From assembly GCA_016185845.1 (NCBI GenBank), contig JACPMV010000002.1, forward strand, positions 1,564 to 65,563: DNA of 64,000 nt, in the 5' to 3' direction. Shown here piece after piece: positions 28,824 through 38,659 of this stretch. Numbering within the stretch: the first letter of the stretch is position 1; every line of letters begins with the position of its first letter. A program made the translations under genes and the position numbers. Source of the stretch: Candidatus Woesearchaeota archaeon (GTDB lineage: Archaea > Nanobdellota > Nanobdellia > Woesearchaeales > GW2011-AR4). The notes under the pieces were generated by a model. It worked only from the letters and a program-made list of their open reading frames with translations, was not told the DNA's origin and ran no database searches.

Positions 28824-29912
28824 ATGATAAAAATAGCTACCGTATTCGGCACACGACCAGAAATATTGAAGCTTTCTTCACTAATGCCCTTGCTCGATAA
28901 GAGCTTTGATCACGTAATGGTACATACAAATCAGCATTACTCTTATAATCTGGATAAGGTATTTTTTGATCAATTAAAACTGCGCAAACCGAATTTTAAT
29001 TTAAATGTAGGATCAGGCACACATGCAGAACAGGCTTCTAAGGTAATGGAAAGGCTGGAAAAAATTTTGCTGGAACAAGAACCAGATGTCGTTATAGTCA
29101 ACGGAGATACAAATTCCACGATGGCTGCAGGAATAACCGCTGCAAAGCTAAAGATACCATTGGTGCATTCTGAAGCTGGGCCACGTGCATTTAACAAAAG
29201 AATTGCAGAGGAGATTAACAGAATTATTGTGGATCATTGCTCCGACATTCTTTTGGCTCCGCACACTGTTGCATATGATAATCTGCTAAATGAAGGAATT
29301 CCAAAAGAAAATATATGCCTTGTTGGGGACCCAATTGTCAGTTGCGCCCTCAGAGCAAGAAAAATGGGCCAGAATTCTTCTATAATGAAACAGCTGGACA
29401 TTAAAAGGCACGAATATGTCTTGGTTACTGTGCACCATGCTGAAATTACAAATGACATCAAGATATTAAAAGAAGTAATAGAGGCCATCAATGACATAAG
29501 CAAAATTATAAAAATTGTTTTTCCCATGCACCCCAGAACAGGCAAGTTCTTAAAATCTAATAATATAACTCTTAATAAGTCAATCAAGGTAATTGAGCCT
29601 CAAGGTTACTTGGAGTTTATAAATCTGCTTGATAATTCCCTTTTCGTCATGTCGGATTCTGGCGGGATCCAATCAGAATCAGTTGCCTTGAACGTACCTT
29701 GCCTTATATTAAGGCCACTAACAGAATGGATACTCTATATTAAAGCCGGTAAAAACATGCTCATAGGAGATAACCATGACAGTATAGTGTCAAAAGTAAA
29801 AGATTTGCTCTCTGATGATTATAATATCAAAAAAATGAGATCGACTAAATTTCACATGATCAAGGATAGTGACGAAAGGGCAATAAATATTTTAAAAAAT
29901 AGATTTAAGTAA
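28824..29912 (+). CDS. wecB: UDP-N-acetylglucosamine 2-epimerase (non-hydrolysing, WecB/WbpI-like).
   Basis: IATVFGTRPEILKLSSL and HSEAG are hallmark motifs. About 360 aa. Confidence 0.8.
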   Translation: MIKIATVFGTRPEILKLSSLMPLLDKSFDHVMVHTNQHYSYNLDKVFFDQLKLRKPNFNLNVGSGTHAEQASKVMERLEKILLEQEPDVVIVNGDTNSTMAAGITAAKLKIPLVHSEAGPRAFNKRIAEEINRIIVDHCSDILLAPHTVAYDNLLNEGIPKENICLVGDPIVSCALRARKMGQNSSIMKQLDIKRHEYVLVTVHHAEITNDIKILKEVIEAINDISKIIKIVFPMHPRTGKFLKSNNITLNKSIKVIEPQGYLEFINLLDNSLFVMSDSGGIQSESVALNVPCLILRPLTEWILYIKAGKNMLIGDNHDSIVSKVKDLLSDDYNIKKMRSTKFHMIKDSDERAINILKNRFK

Positions 29913-29929
29913 TTTATCCAGGAACAAAC

Positions 29930-30601
29930 ATGCCGACAATGAAACAAAAAAAATGTAATTTTACGTTAGAACATTATACCAATACTTTGAAAAAAGCCCT
30001 TTCATTAGGCTATACTATATCCAAACTGGAAGATTACCCAAATAAAATAAAAAGAAAAAAAATCATCTTTCTTAGGCATGATGTAGATTTTGACTTAAAA
30101 CTTGCATTAAGAATGGCTGTTACAGAACATAAACTAGGGATAAAATCTACCTACTTCATTAGGATGCACGCACCTTATAATATTTTCTTTTACCCAAATT
30201 ATAAGGCTTTGAGAGACATAGCTTCAATGGGGCATGAAATAGGGTTGCATCATGAGGGAAATTTCTCAATCTTGTTTAACGAGAATGAAAAAGATATGAT
30301 AAGAAGGGAAAAAGCTATACTAGAAATGGTTGCCAATACGAGCATTAAGGGAATCTCATCTCACGAGTCACTTAAATCTAATTTATCGTCCGATGTTAAT
30401 CCAGACATATTAAATAATTTAGTATTCGCCTACGACGCCTATTCTCCAAAATTTACTAAAGATATTAAATATATTTCTGATAGTGCTGCGAGATGGCATG
30501 AAGGTTGTATGTGCGGGTTTATAGCTTCAGAAACGCCAAAATTATGCGTATTGACACATCCATTCTGGTGGTATGAGAAAAGTGCTTTAGAAAATTATTG
30601 A
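29930..30601 (+). CDS. CE4-like polysaccharide deacetylase/deformylase (ArnD-like candidate).
   Basis: FLRHDVDFDL (Asp-Asp metal motif), STYFIRMH and EIGLHHEG (HxxH), in an Arn-like gene context. Confidence 0.45.
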   Translation: MPTMKQKKCNFTLEHYTNTLKKALSLGYTISKLEDYPNKIKRKKIIFLRHDVDFDLKLALRMAVTEHKLGIKSTYFIRMHAPYNIFFYPNYKALRDIASMGHEIGLHHEGNFSILFNENEKDMIRREKAILEMVANTSIKGISSHESLKSNLSSDVNPDILNNLVFAYDAYSPKFTKDIKYISDSAARWHEGCMCGFIASETPKLCVLTHPFWWYEKSALENY

Positions 30602-31281
30602 ACATGAAAAGAAAAGTAGCAATTCATCAGATCAATTATTTGCCATGGATTGGCTATTTTAACAAAATTAAAATTTGTGATGTATTTGTTTTTCTTGACA
30701 GTGTGGATTATGTTAAAAATAATTACATGAATAGGAACAAGATAAAAACAAACACTGGATGGTGCTATTTGACAATTCCAATAGAAAGAAGATATTATAG
30801 GAAACCATTTAATATGGTAACATTGCCAAACAATGCCGACTGGGCAGATAATCACTGGAAAACTATCGAACTTAATTATAGAAAGGCGCCTTATTTCAAT
30901 AGCTACAAAGACTTCTTTGAGAAAAGTTACAAGTCATTGCCGAAAATACTTGGAGAATTTAACGAGAAATTTATTAGGCATATAATCAAGTTATTAGACA
31001 TAAATACAGAATTATTAAAATCAAGCGATTTAAATCTAGACAGAGAATTGAAGAAGACAGACCTATTGTTAGAGATAGTTAGAAGAACAAACGGGGTAAC
31101 GTATATTTCAGGGGTAGGGGCAAAAAATTACATGGAAATTGAAAAATTTACAGATGTAAATTTGGAGTTTCAAAATTTCGTACATCCAGATTATCATCAA
31201 TTACATGGAGACTGGATTCCATATCTTTCAATAATTGATTTGATATTTAATGAAGGGGAAAAATCAAAAAATTTTATTTAA
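30598..31281 (+). CDS. WbqC-like family protein.
   Basis: N-terminus KVAIHQINYLPWIGYFNKI matches the WbqC-family start (VAIMQPYFFPYIGYFQLI pattern). About 227 aa. Confidence 0.6.
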   Translation: MNMKRKVAIHQINYLPWIGYFNKIKICDVFVFLDSVDYVKNNYMNRNKIKTNTGWCYLTIPIERRYYRKPFNMVTLPNNADWADNHWKTIELNYRKAPYFNSYKDFFEKSYKSLPKILGEFNEKFIRHIIKLLDINTELLKSSDLNLDRELKKTDLLLEIVRRTNGVTYISGVGAKNYMEIEKFTDVNLEFQNFVHPDYHQLHGDWIPYLSIIDLIFNEGEKSKNFI

Positions 31282-31285
31282 TAAA

Positions 31286-32164
31286 ATGAAAGTGCTTGTT
31301 ACTGGTGCGACAGGATTCATAGGAGAGCATCTTGTCAAAGAGCTTCATAGAAGAAAATTTGAAGTTATTGGCATAAGCAAGAACAATCCAAACAAAAAGC
31401 TAAGATGCGATATAATGGATTATAAAAAACTTAAGAGGATTTTCCAAAAATATAGCGTAGATTCAGTCATTCATCTTGCAGCATTCATATCTGACAAGCC
31501 AGAAGACAAAGAAAAGATGAACCTTATTAATGTAAATGGCACCAAAAATGTACTCAAAGCTGCTGTAAGCGGAAACATTAAAGGGTTTATTTACATATCC
31601 AGCATGAGCATTTACGATAAGCGCAATAAGATTCCTATAAATGAAGAATCTGCAAAAAATCCCAGAGACTATTATGGGCTTACGAAGCTCAGGGCAGAAA
31701 AAACCTGCATGAACTACAGAAACAAATTTAATATTATTATCTTAAGGTATGCCGGCGTGTTTGGCTGTGGCAAAAATCATGGAGCTGCATATAATTTTGC
31801 TGCCAATGCGCTGCAAAGTAAAGATTTATATATCCAGGAAGACGGATTACAAACTCACGATTTTATTTATGTTAAGGATGCAGTATGGGCTACTTTGCTA
31901 GCGCTTAATAACCTAGACAAAATTAAATTTGGAATATTCAATATAGGTTCTGGCCAGGAATACTCAGTTAAGAAACTTGCGGAAATAATAGCAAGGCAAT
32001 GCTCCTCAAAATCAAAAATAATTTCAAATTTTGGGAGTGGAAAGCCTGAAAGGTTTTTGCTGGATATAAGCAAAGCAAAAAAAATATTGGGCTATAGGCC
32101 CCATTCAGTTGAGGAAAATGTTAAAGATTTTATTAGAGAGCTAAAATGCCAAAAATACCTTTAG
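31286..32164 (+). CDS. NAD-dependent epimerase/dehydratase (SDR).
   Basis: MKVLVTGATGFIGEHL and YGLTKLRAE (YxxxK). The start was moved to the internal Met that leaves a 4-nt gap after the upstream stop at 31281. Confidence 0.75.
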   Translation: MKVLVTGATGFIGEHLVKELHRRKFEVIGISKNNPNKKLRCDIMDYKKLKRIFQKYSVDSVIHLAAFISDKPEDKEKMNLINVNGTKNVLKAAVSGNIKGFIYISSMSIYDKRNKIPINEESAKNPRDYYGLTKLRAEKTCMNYRNKFNIIILRYAGVFGCGKNHGAAYNFAANALQSKDLYIQEDGLQTHDFIYVKDAVWATLLALNNLDKIKFGIFNIGSGQEYSVKKLAEIIARQCSSKSKIISNFGSGKPERFLLDISKAKKILGYRPHSVEENVKDFIRELKCQKYL

Positions 32165-33267
32165 CCAAACCATTTTTTGATAATAGAAGCATCAGCATAA
32201 TTAAAAAAGATATAGGGAAAATTCTGAAAAAAGGAAGACTTGTACTTGGTCCTTACACCGAGCAGTTCGAGAACGATTTTAAGGATTACATAGGATCAAA
32301 ATATGCTGTTGCTGTTAATACATGCACCTCAGCTCTTTCAATTTGCTTGAGCTATGCCGTGGTAAAGGGAAAGGAGGTGATTCTGCCCTCGAATACTTTT
32401 GTAACAGTCGCAAATGCCATTATAGAATGCGGCGGAAAAGTTATTTTTGCGGAGCTTGACCCTAGGACACTATGCCTTGACGTAGATGACGTTAAAAAAA
32501 AAATCACTAAAAATACAAGAGCAGTAATAGTACTACATATGCTGGGCATTATCGACCCAAGGATTGACGATTTAATAAATTTGTGCCGGAAAAAAAATAT
32601 TTTTCTTATTGAAGATAGTTCTCATGCACATGGCTCGATGATTAATGGCAGAAAGGCGGGGACTTTGGGGGATGCGGCATGTTTCAGCTTTTATCCTACA
32701 AAAGTCATGACCACTGCACTCGGCGGGATGATTACAACTAATAACCAAGACTTGTATAAGTATGCAAAGTCCCTTAGGTTTTTTGGTTCGGGAGGTAATC
32801 CAAACGAAATAATAAATACGGGGAATGACTGGCTCATGAGCGAGGTTCATGCATGCATTGGGATTAGCCAGCTTAAAAATTTAGACGAAAATATAAAAAG
32901 GAGAAATGCCCTAGTTAAGATTTATGAGAAGGGCTTGAGATCCATAAATGGAATAAAGTTGCTTAATGCACCAAAAAATATTAGACATTCATACTACAAG
33001 TTTGCAATCTATCTTGACGATAGCATAGATAGGGATCTTATTATAAAAAAAATGAAGGGCAATTTTCAGATTGAAACATCGCAGGTCTACGTTCCTTGTC
33101 ATCTGCACCCGATATATAAGAAGATATTTGGTTTCCATGAAGGAATGCTGAAAACAACAGAATATGCATTAAAGCATACTATATGCCTTCCAATTTACCC
33201 TCAAATGAACAGAGAGGAAGTTGACTACGTTCTTAATGCTTTTAAAAAGGAACTTAGGCAAGCATGA
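32146..33267 (+). CDS. DegT/DnrJ/EryC1-family PLP-dependent sugar aminotransferase.
   Basis: AVNTCTSAL, FSFYPTKVMTTALGGMI and the overall 373-aa DegT layout. Confidence 0.8.
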   Translation: MPKIPLAKPFFDNRSISIIKKDIGKILKKGRLVLGPYTEQFENDFKDYIGSKYAVAVNTCTSALSICLSYAVVKGKEVILPSNTFVTVANAIIECGGKVIFAELDPRTLCLDVDDVKKKITKNTRAVIVLHMLGIIDPRIDDLINLCRKKNIFLIEDSSHAHGSMINGRKAGTLGDAACFSFYPTKVMTTALGGMITTNNQDLYKYAKSLRFFGSGGNPNEIINTGNDWLMSEVHACIGISQLKNLDENIKRRNALVKIYEKGLRSINGIKLLNAPKNIRHSYYKFAIYLDDSIDRDLIIKKMKGNFQIETSQVYVPCHLHPIYKKIFGFHEGMLKTTEYALKHTICLPIYPQMNREEVDYVLNAFKKELRQA

Positions 33268-33319
33268 AGATTGCATAAATGCAAGATCGCATTTTAGTAC
33301 GCCAATCCTTTCAAGCAAA

Positions 33320-33331
33320 AATTTTATAAAT
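33320..33331 (+). promoter_or_regulatory. TATA-like box (TTTTATAAATTA) about 28 nt upstream of the GT2 gene at 33353.
   Basis: AT-rich box A-like element at the canonical distance from the start codon. No Shine-Dalgarno sequence is present. Confidence 0.3.
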
Positions 33332-33352
33332 TAGGCCCTAAACCAAAAGACA

Positions 33353-34072
33353 ATGAAAGTATCAATAATTATACCCTGCTATAATGAGGAGGAAGGGATA
33401 GACTATCTATCTGGAATATTGTCAAAACTCCTGCCGAAAATCAGGAAAAAGTACAATATAGAACTAATATTTGTTGATGATGGAAGCAAAGATAATACTT
33501 ACAAATTGCTTAAAAAATATTTCGGAAAATGGAAATTTATGAGGATTTTAAAGCACAAAAAGAACATGGGATTTGGCGCTGCATTTAGAACAGGAATAAA
33601 GAATTCAACTGGAGATGTAATATTTCAGATGGATGCGGATTGCTCATATCCTGTGGATAATGTTATGAATATGATAGCTGATATAGGGCAATATGATGTT
33701 GTGACAGCATCTCCCTTGCATCCTAAAGGAAAAATAGGAGACGTTCCATTTTATAGAAGGGTTCTTAGCACGTCTATATCAAAAATTTATAGGCTTATAT
33801 CTGGCTCTAATATACACACTTTTACCTGCGCATTCAGGACTTACAAGGGAGATATGCTTAGAAATCTAAAGTTCGAATCCAATGGATTTACCTGCGCTGC
33901 CGAGATACTCCTACTTTTACTTATTAAAAAATATAAGGTCAAGGAATTTCCTTCGATAGTAAGCAATAGGTTATACGGCCAGTCAAAAATGAAAACATTA
34001 AAGACAATCAAGGAACACTTAAAGCTAATAATGCGAATATTAAAAATACGCATATTTGGCATAGGAGGCTAA
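33353..34072 (+). CDS. GT2 polyprenyl-phosphate sugar synthase (DPM1/ArnC-like).
   Basis: VSIIIPCYNEEEGI, FVDDGSKDNT and QMDADCSYP are GT2 motifs. Immediately followed by a GT-C gene. Confidence 0.8.
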   Translation: MKVSIIIPCYNEEEGIDYLSGILSKLLPKIRKKYNIELIFVDDGSKDNTYKLLKKYFGKWKFMRILKHKKNMGFGAAFRTGIKNSTGDVIFQMDADCSYPVDNVMNMIADIGQYDVVTASPLHPKGKIGDVPFYRRVLSTSISKIYRLISGSNIHTFTCAFRTYKGDMLRNLKFESNGFTCAAEILLLLLIKKYKVKEFPSIVSNRLYGQSKMKTLKTIKEHLKLIMRILKIRIFGIGG

Positions 34073-34074
34073 AA

Positions 34075-35550
34075 ATGAAAAAAACTCTAATAATTTTAAT
34101 CTCCTTTCTTCTCCTTGGTTCTTTTTTAAGATTCTATCAAATAGGTACTGAAAGCTTCTGGGTTGATGAAGCAACAACAGCATTGGCGATAAAACAATAC
34201 AATACCAAAGAAATTTTTTTGAATCTGTATACGACAGGAAGAATACTGCCTGAGCATTCTTTTCTTGGAAATGGCGATTTTCCCGTTTATTATTTAGGAT
34301 TAGGGGCATGGTCAAATATTTTTGGCATAAGCGAGTTTTCATTAAGGTCATTCTCGGCAATTTTTGGGGTTATATCCATATTACTAGTATTCTTAATTTC
34401 AAAAGAGCTATTCAATGAAAAGACCGGATTGATTGCTTCATTTATATTCTCGATCCATATTGTGATGATAGAATACTCGCAGGAAGCAAGGCTCTATGGA
34501 TTTATGCTTTTTATCGTTTTGCTTACCTTATTCTCATTGGCAAAATTCATCAATACAGGAAAATATCTTTCAATTCTTGCAATCTCTAATGTTTTAGGAA
34601 TTTTTACAAGCCCGGTGTTTTTATTTTTCTTTATATTTGAATTAATTTATTTCTCTTATATATTCCTAAAAGAATTTATAAAATCAAAAAAGTTAAAAAT
34701 AACAAAACTACATATAGTTTTGCTTGGGCTAGTGATTATTTATTTGCCATTAATCTATAGGATGTTTAATTTTTCAATTGCAGGGCTAAGATATTCTGGA
34801 GATATGTCCTTAGCAAAATTAGCCAAAATATTTGTTCAGTTCAACGCATGGCTGCACCCCTCAGCAGAGCTTTTGTCAAAGATAAACGGCAAGGTATTCA
34901 ATTTATTCAGCATATCAGAATGGATTGCCGTTTTATCGGTCGTGTTAATATCTGCAATGCTCGGAGCATTTTTTGTGAGAAGCCTCTTTAACAGGAATAA
35001 AAGAAATTTAGGATTCTCAATGGCTGCTTTGATAATTCCTTTTATGATATTTTTTGCAGCTCTTTATAAAGTACTTTCTATATTCCCTTCAAACAGATAT
35101 ATCCTCTATACAGTTCCAATCTATATTATGATAGCCTCTTTTGGCATGTCTACGCTAACTAATAAGAAATTGGCGATAGTTATGTCGGTGTTGCTTGTGT
35201 CGTCTTCAATGCCTTTGTATTTTTATTATGCCAATCCAATTCATCCTGAATACGGGAAAGCAGTCTCATATTTAGAGAGCAAAGCACAAGCTACCGATAC
35301 TATCGTAGTAAACATTCTTACAGTCATACTACCATTTGATTATTATTCTGACAAACTAAGCAATGTTTACGGAGTATTCGATGCCAATGACTTAAAGAAC
35401 ATAGATATAAATAAAAAATCTGTGTGGCTAGTTTTGTCCACAAAGCATGCCGATCAAAGCGGACAAATAAGAACGTACTTTGAGCAAAATTACAGAGCAA
35501 TTGAGACAAAAGAGTTTTTTGAAGTCAAAATCGTGCATTACATAAGATAA
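34075..35550 (+). CDS. GT-C membrane glycosyltransferase of the PMT_2/ArnT-like (GT39/GT83) family.
   Basis: LRFYQIGTESFWVDEATTALAIKQY is the characteristic first-loop motif of PMT_2/ArnT-like proteins. 491 aa, multi-TM. Confidence 0.65.
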   Translation: MKKTLIILISFLLLGSFLRFYQIGTESFWVDEATTALAIKQYNTKEIFLNLYTTGRILPEHSFLGNGDFPVYYLGLGAWSNIFGISEFSLRSFSAIFGVISILLVFLISKELFNEKTGLIASFIFSIHIVMIEYSQEARLYGFMLFIVLLTLFSLAKFINTGKYLSILAISNVLGIFTSPVFLFFFIFELIYFSYIFLKEFIKSKKLKITKLHIVLLGLVIIYLPLIYRMFNFSIAGLRYSGDMSLAKLAKIFVQFNAWLHPSAELLSKINGKVFNLFSISEWIAVLSVVLISAMLGAFFVRSLFNRNKRNLGFSMAALIIPFMIFFAALYKVLSIFPSNRYILYTVPIYIMIASFGMSTLTNKKLAIVMSVLLVSSSMPLYFYYANPIHPEYGKAVSYLESKAQATDTIVVNILTVILPFDYYSDKLSNVYGVFDANDLKNIDINKKSVWLVLSTKHADQSGQIRTYFEQNYRAIETKEFFEVKIVHYIR

Positions 35551-35556
35551 TTATTG

Positions 35557-36759
35557 CTAGCCGTTCAGTGTGTTCTTCACATCAACAATTTTTTCTTTCA
35601 TTTTTATCAACTCTTTTTTATACGATGTTTCCCTGTTCATCAAAATTATAGCATCCATTTTTCTGAAATTGTCAATGTAATCAATGCCAAATTCCTTTTT
35701 AACCTCTTCCTTTGTATACAATGGATCTAATCCATAAACATTATATCCTTTTTTCTTAAGCAATCCTATTAACGCAATCGACCTGCTATAAGCCTTTTCC
35801 TTCACACCTTCCCTATAACTTAGCCCAATTATTCCAACTTTCCCATTTTTCTTATTTTTTGCTATTTTGTCAACCCTATCTGCATAATATCTTACCATAT
35901 CATCATTAATCTGCCTTGCGGCCTTTATCAAAGGCACATTCATGCTATTTATCAAAAACCAGGGATAGACCGGAATGCAGTGACCGCCAACATTGCCAGG
36001 CTCAAGTATGTTGCAATACTGGTGCTTTGCAGCTTCCTTCATCTCCCAGAAATCAATATTGTAATGCTCAGAGACTTTGAAAAACTCATTTGCCAGAGCA
36101 ATATTCACATCCCGATAAACTCCTTCCGCAATCTTTGCCAGCTCCGCAGTCCTTGAATTTGCAACTTTGAAAGGATTTGCGAATTTTTTATATATTTCAA
36201 ATGCCTTTTGCGTGCTTATTCCGTTTATTCCGCCGACAATTTTCGGGAATTCCTTGAATCTTGATATGGAATAGCCAGTCATTATCCTTTCAGGGCTGTA
36301 AGCGAGATAGAAATCTTTGCCGGCTTTCAACATTGAATTTTTTTCCAGAATGCCCTTTATAAGACTCTCAGTTGTTCCAACAAGAACTGTGGTTTCCAAC
36401 ACAACTATATCTTTTTTTTTCAGGCCTTTTCCTACGCTTTCAACAGCGTGTTCTATTATTGAAAAATCCGGCCTTTTGCTGTCGTCTATAAACAAAGGCA
36501 CAATTACAATATGCACATTGCACTCTTTGGAAGCTGTTATTGCATCAGAAGTCGCATTTAACCGATTCCCGCCGTGCTTTTTTATTAATTCGCTCAGGCC
36601 CGGCTCTTCCTTTACAGGATTTACTCCGCGGTTGATTAATTCTACTTTCTTTTTATCAACGTCAACCCCCAGCACTTCAATTCCGGCATCTGCAATCACA
36701 GCTGCCAATGGAAGACCTGCTTTTCCCAATCCTACCACAGCTATTTTTAACTTGCTCAT
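35557..36759 (-). CDS. Nucleotide-sugar dehydrogenase (UDP-glucose/GDP-mannose dehydrogenase family; WecC/WbpA-like).
   Basis: KIAVVGLGKAGLPLA Rossmann motif, conserved catalytic Cys (GGHCIP), and the three-domain size of about 400 aa. Confidence 0.8.
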   Translation of the reverse strand: MSKLKIAVVGLGKAGLPLAAVIADAGIEVLGVDVDKKKVELINRGVNPVKEEPGLSELIKKHGGNRLNATSDAITASKECNVHIVIVPLFIDDSKRPDFSIIEHAVESVGKGLKKKDIVVLETTVLVGTTESLIKGILEKNSMLKAGKDFYLAYSPERIMTGYSISRFKEFPKIVGGINGISTQKAFEIYKKFANPFKVANSRTAELAKIAEGVYRDVNIALANEFFKVSEHYNIDFWEMKEAAKHQYCNILEPGNVGGHCIPVYPWFLINSMNVPLIKAARQINDDMVRYYADRVDKIAKNKKNGKVGIIGLSYREGVKEKAYSRSIALIGLLKKKGYNVYGLDPLYTKEEVKKEFGIDYIDNFRKMDAIILMNRETSYKKELIKMKEKIVDVKNTLNG

Positions 36760-38639
36760 TTTAGGAAACTGCTCATGCTTAAATCAGGCTTCTGGAATTT
36801 TGACGGGTTTATATATATCTTATGCCATATCTCAAAAGCAACAAGGTTCCACAGGAGGTTGTAATTTTGAGTATTTTTTTCAGAAACTTTTTCTTTAAGG
36901 ACTTTTTCTATAAACGTTCTGCTTATATACTTTTTGCAGGCTAAAACCCCGTTCGGAAGCATATTTTGGGCAATATCCCTAAGCTCGCTTTTGTACAGCG
37001 AATGCGTTGTTGTTGCAAAGCCCCACTTTTTTCTTTTTGAAATTTTTTTCGGCAGAACACCCGACACCATTTTTCTTAGTATATATTTTCCGCTGCCGTC
37101 CCTTATTTTCAGCCTTGCCGGCAGGCTGAAGCAGAAATCTATCAAGTTATTATCAAGAAACGGGACTCTGGCTTCAACGCTGTTTGCCATTGACATGGAA
37201 TCCTCAACAGCAAGGAAATCATTGGGCATCTTCACATTAAATTCGGCATAAAAAGCCTGTTCTACCGGATTCGCGCCTTTTTCTTTGAAATAATCTTCAA
37301 ACTCCCCTGACACAGATGAATTGATTTTGCCTTTTAATTTTTCCGAATAAATCCCCTTAAGCTGTTTTGAATCAAAGCCGGCATCTGCAGATGTTATGAA
37401 CGAATATGCTTCTGCCGGATTTCTTGCTTTTCTTATCTTTGCTATCTTATCATTATACTCCTCTTTTGAGAATATCTTATTATAGGGCAATTGCGAATTA
37501 TTACTTTTTTTCCTGCCTGCGATGCAGTCCATATAATCATATCTGTGCACATAGCCGCCTAATAGCTCATCACCGCCCATGCCTGAATGGATTACTTTAA
37601 TGTGCTTCGCAACTTCCTTATAAACTAAATAAGGGTAAAGATTTCTTTTTGGCATATCCATGTGCCATATCATTTTTGGAAATTCATCAAACAAATTGAA
37701 TTTGACAACAAGCTCTTTGTGGCTTGTCTTGAATTTGTCTGCGACAGCCCTCGCATATTCAAATTCATCAGTCGATTCGCCAAATCCCATGCAGAACGTG
37801 TTTATCGGCTTATCGGAAACTTTTGAGGCAAATGCAACTATTGCTGAGGTATCCAGGCCGCCTGAGAGAAAAGAGCCAATAGGCACGTCGCTTATCATCT
37901 GCAGCTTCACAGCATTCTGCATTGTGCTTCTTAATTTACCTATCGCGTAATTTTCATCAATTTCCTCATTAACATCAATATCCAGCTCCCAGTATTTTCC
38001 TATTTTGATATTTTTTTTTGATGCAATAAGGCAATGCCCGGGCAACAGCTTATTTATTCCTTTGAACATTGTTTTTTTCCCGGGCACATATCTGAGCCTT
38101 ATGTACTGATTTAATGCGTCCAAATCAACTTCCCTTTTGACTTCAGGATGCTGCAGTATGGACTTTATCTCAGAGGCAAACAGCAAAGAATTGCCTTTTA
38201 ATAGCGCGTAATACAGCGGCTTGACCCCGCACCTGTCCCTTGCAAGCAGCAATTGCTTTTTATTATCGTCATAAAGCGCAAAGGCAAACATCCCGTTAAA
38301 GCTCTTGAGGCATTCTATGCCGTATTCCTCATAGCTATGAACAATGGCTTCTGTGTCAGTGTTTGTATAAAATCTGTGGCCTTTTCTTTCAAGGTCCCTT
38401 CTCAATTCCTGGAAATTATATATCTCGCCATTATAAACTATTGCGATAGACTTGTCTTCATTGAAGATAGGCTGGTCTCCTGTTGCCAAGTCAATAATGC
38501 TGAGCCTCCTGCTTGCCAGCATAACATTCCTGTTTGTGTAATAGCCCTCGCCGTCAGGGCCCCTATGGGAGATTATATCGGCCATTCTCTTAAGAAGCGC
38601 CTTCTCCTCAAATCCATAAAATCCTGCAATACCGCACAT
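36756..38639 (-). CDS. asnB: Asparagine synthase (glutamine-hydrolysing)-family amidotransferase.
   Basis: MCGIAGFYGF gives the Ntn catalytic Cys2. SFLSGGLDTS is the PP-loop ATP pyrophosphatase motif. 627 aa. Confidence 0.85.
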   Translation of the reverse strand: MCGIAGFYGFEEKALLKRMADIISHRGPDGEGYYTNRNVMLASRRLSIIDLATGDQPIFNEDKSIAIVYNGEIYNFQELRRDLERKGHRFYTNTDTEAIVHSYEEYGIECLKSFNGMFAFALYDDNKKQLLLARDRCGVKPLYYALLKGNSLLFASEIKSILQHPEVKREVDLDALNQYIRLRYVPGKKTMFKGINKLLPGHCLIASKKNIKIGKYWELDIDVNEEIDENYAIGKLRSTMQNAVKLQMISDVPIGSFLSGGLDTSAIVAFASKVSDKPINTFCMGFGESTDEFEYARAVADKFKTSHKELVVKFNLFDEFPKMIWHMDMPKRNLYPYLVYKEVAKHIKVIHSGMGGDELLGGYVHRYDYMDCIAGRKKSNNSQLPYNKIFSKEEYNDKIAKIRKARNPAEAYSFITSADAGFDSKQLKGIYSEKLKGKINSSVSGEFEDYFKEKGANPVEQAFYAEFNVKMPNDFLAVEDSMSMANSVEARVPFLDNNLIDFCFSLPARLKIRDGSGKYILRKMVSGVLPKKISKRKKWGFATTTHSLYKSELRDIAQNMLPNGVLACKKYISRTFIEKVLKEKVSEKNTQNYNLLWNLVAFEIWHKIYINPSKFQKPDLSMSSFLK

Positions 38640-38659
38640 TTTGGTTCAGTAAGTAAAAT

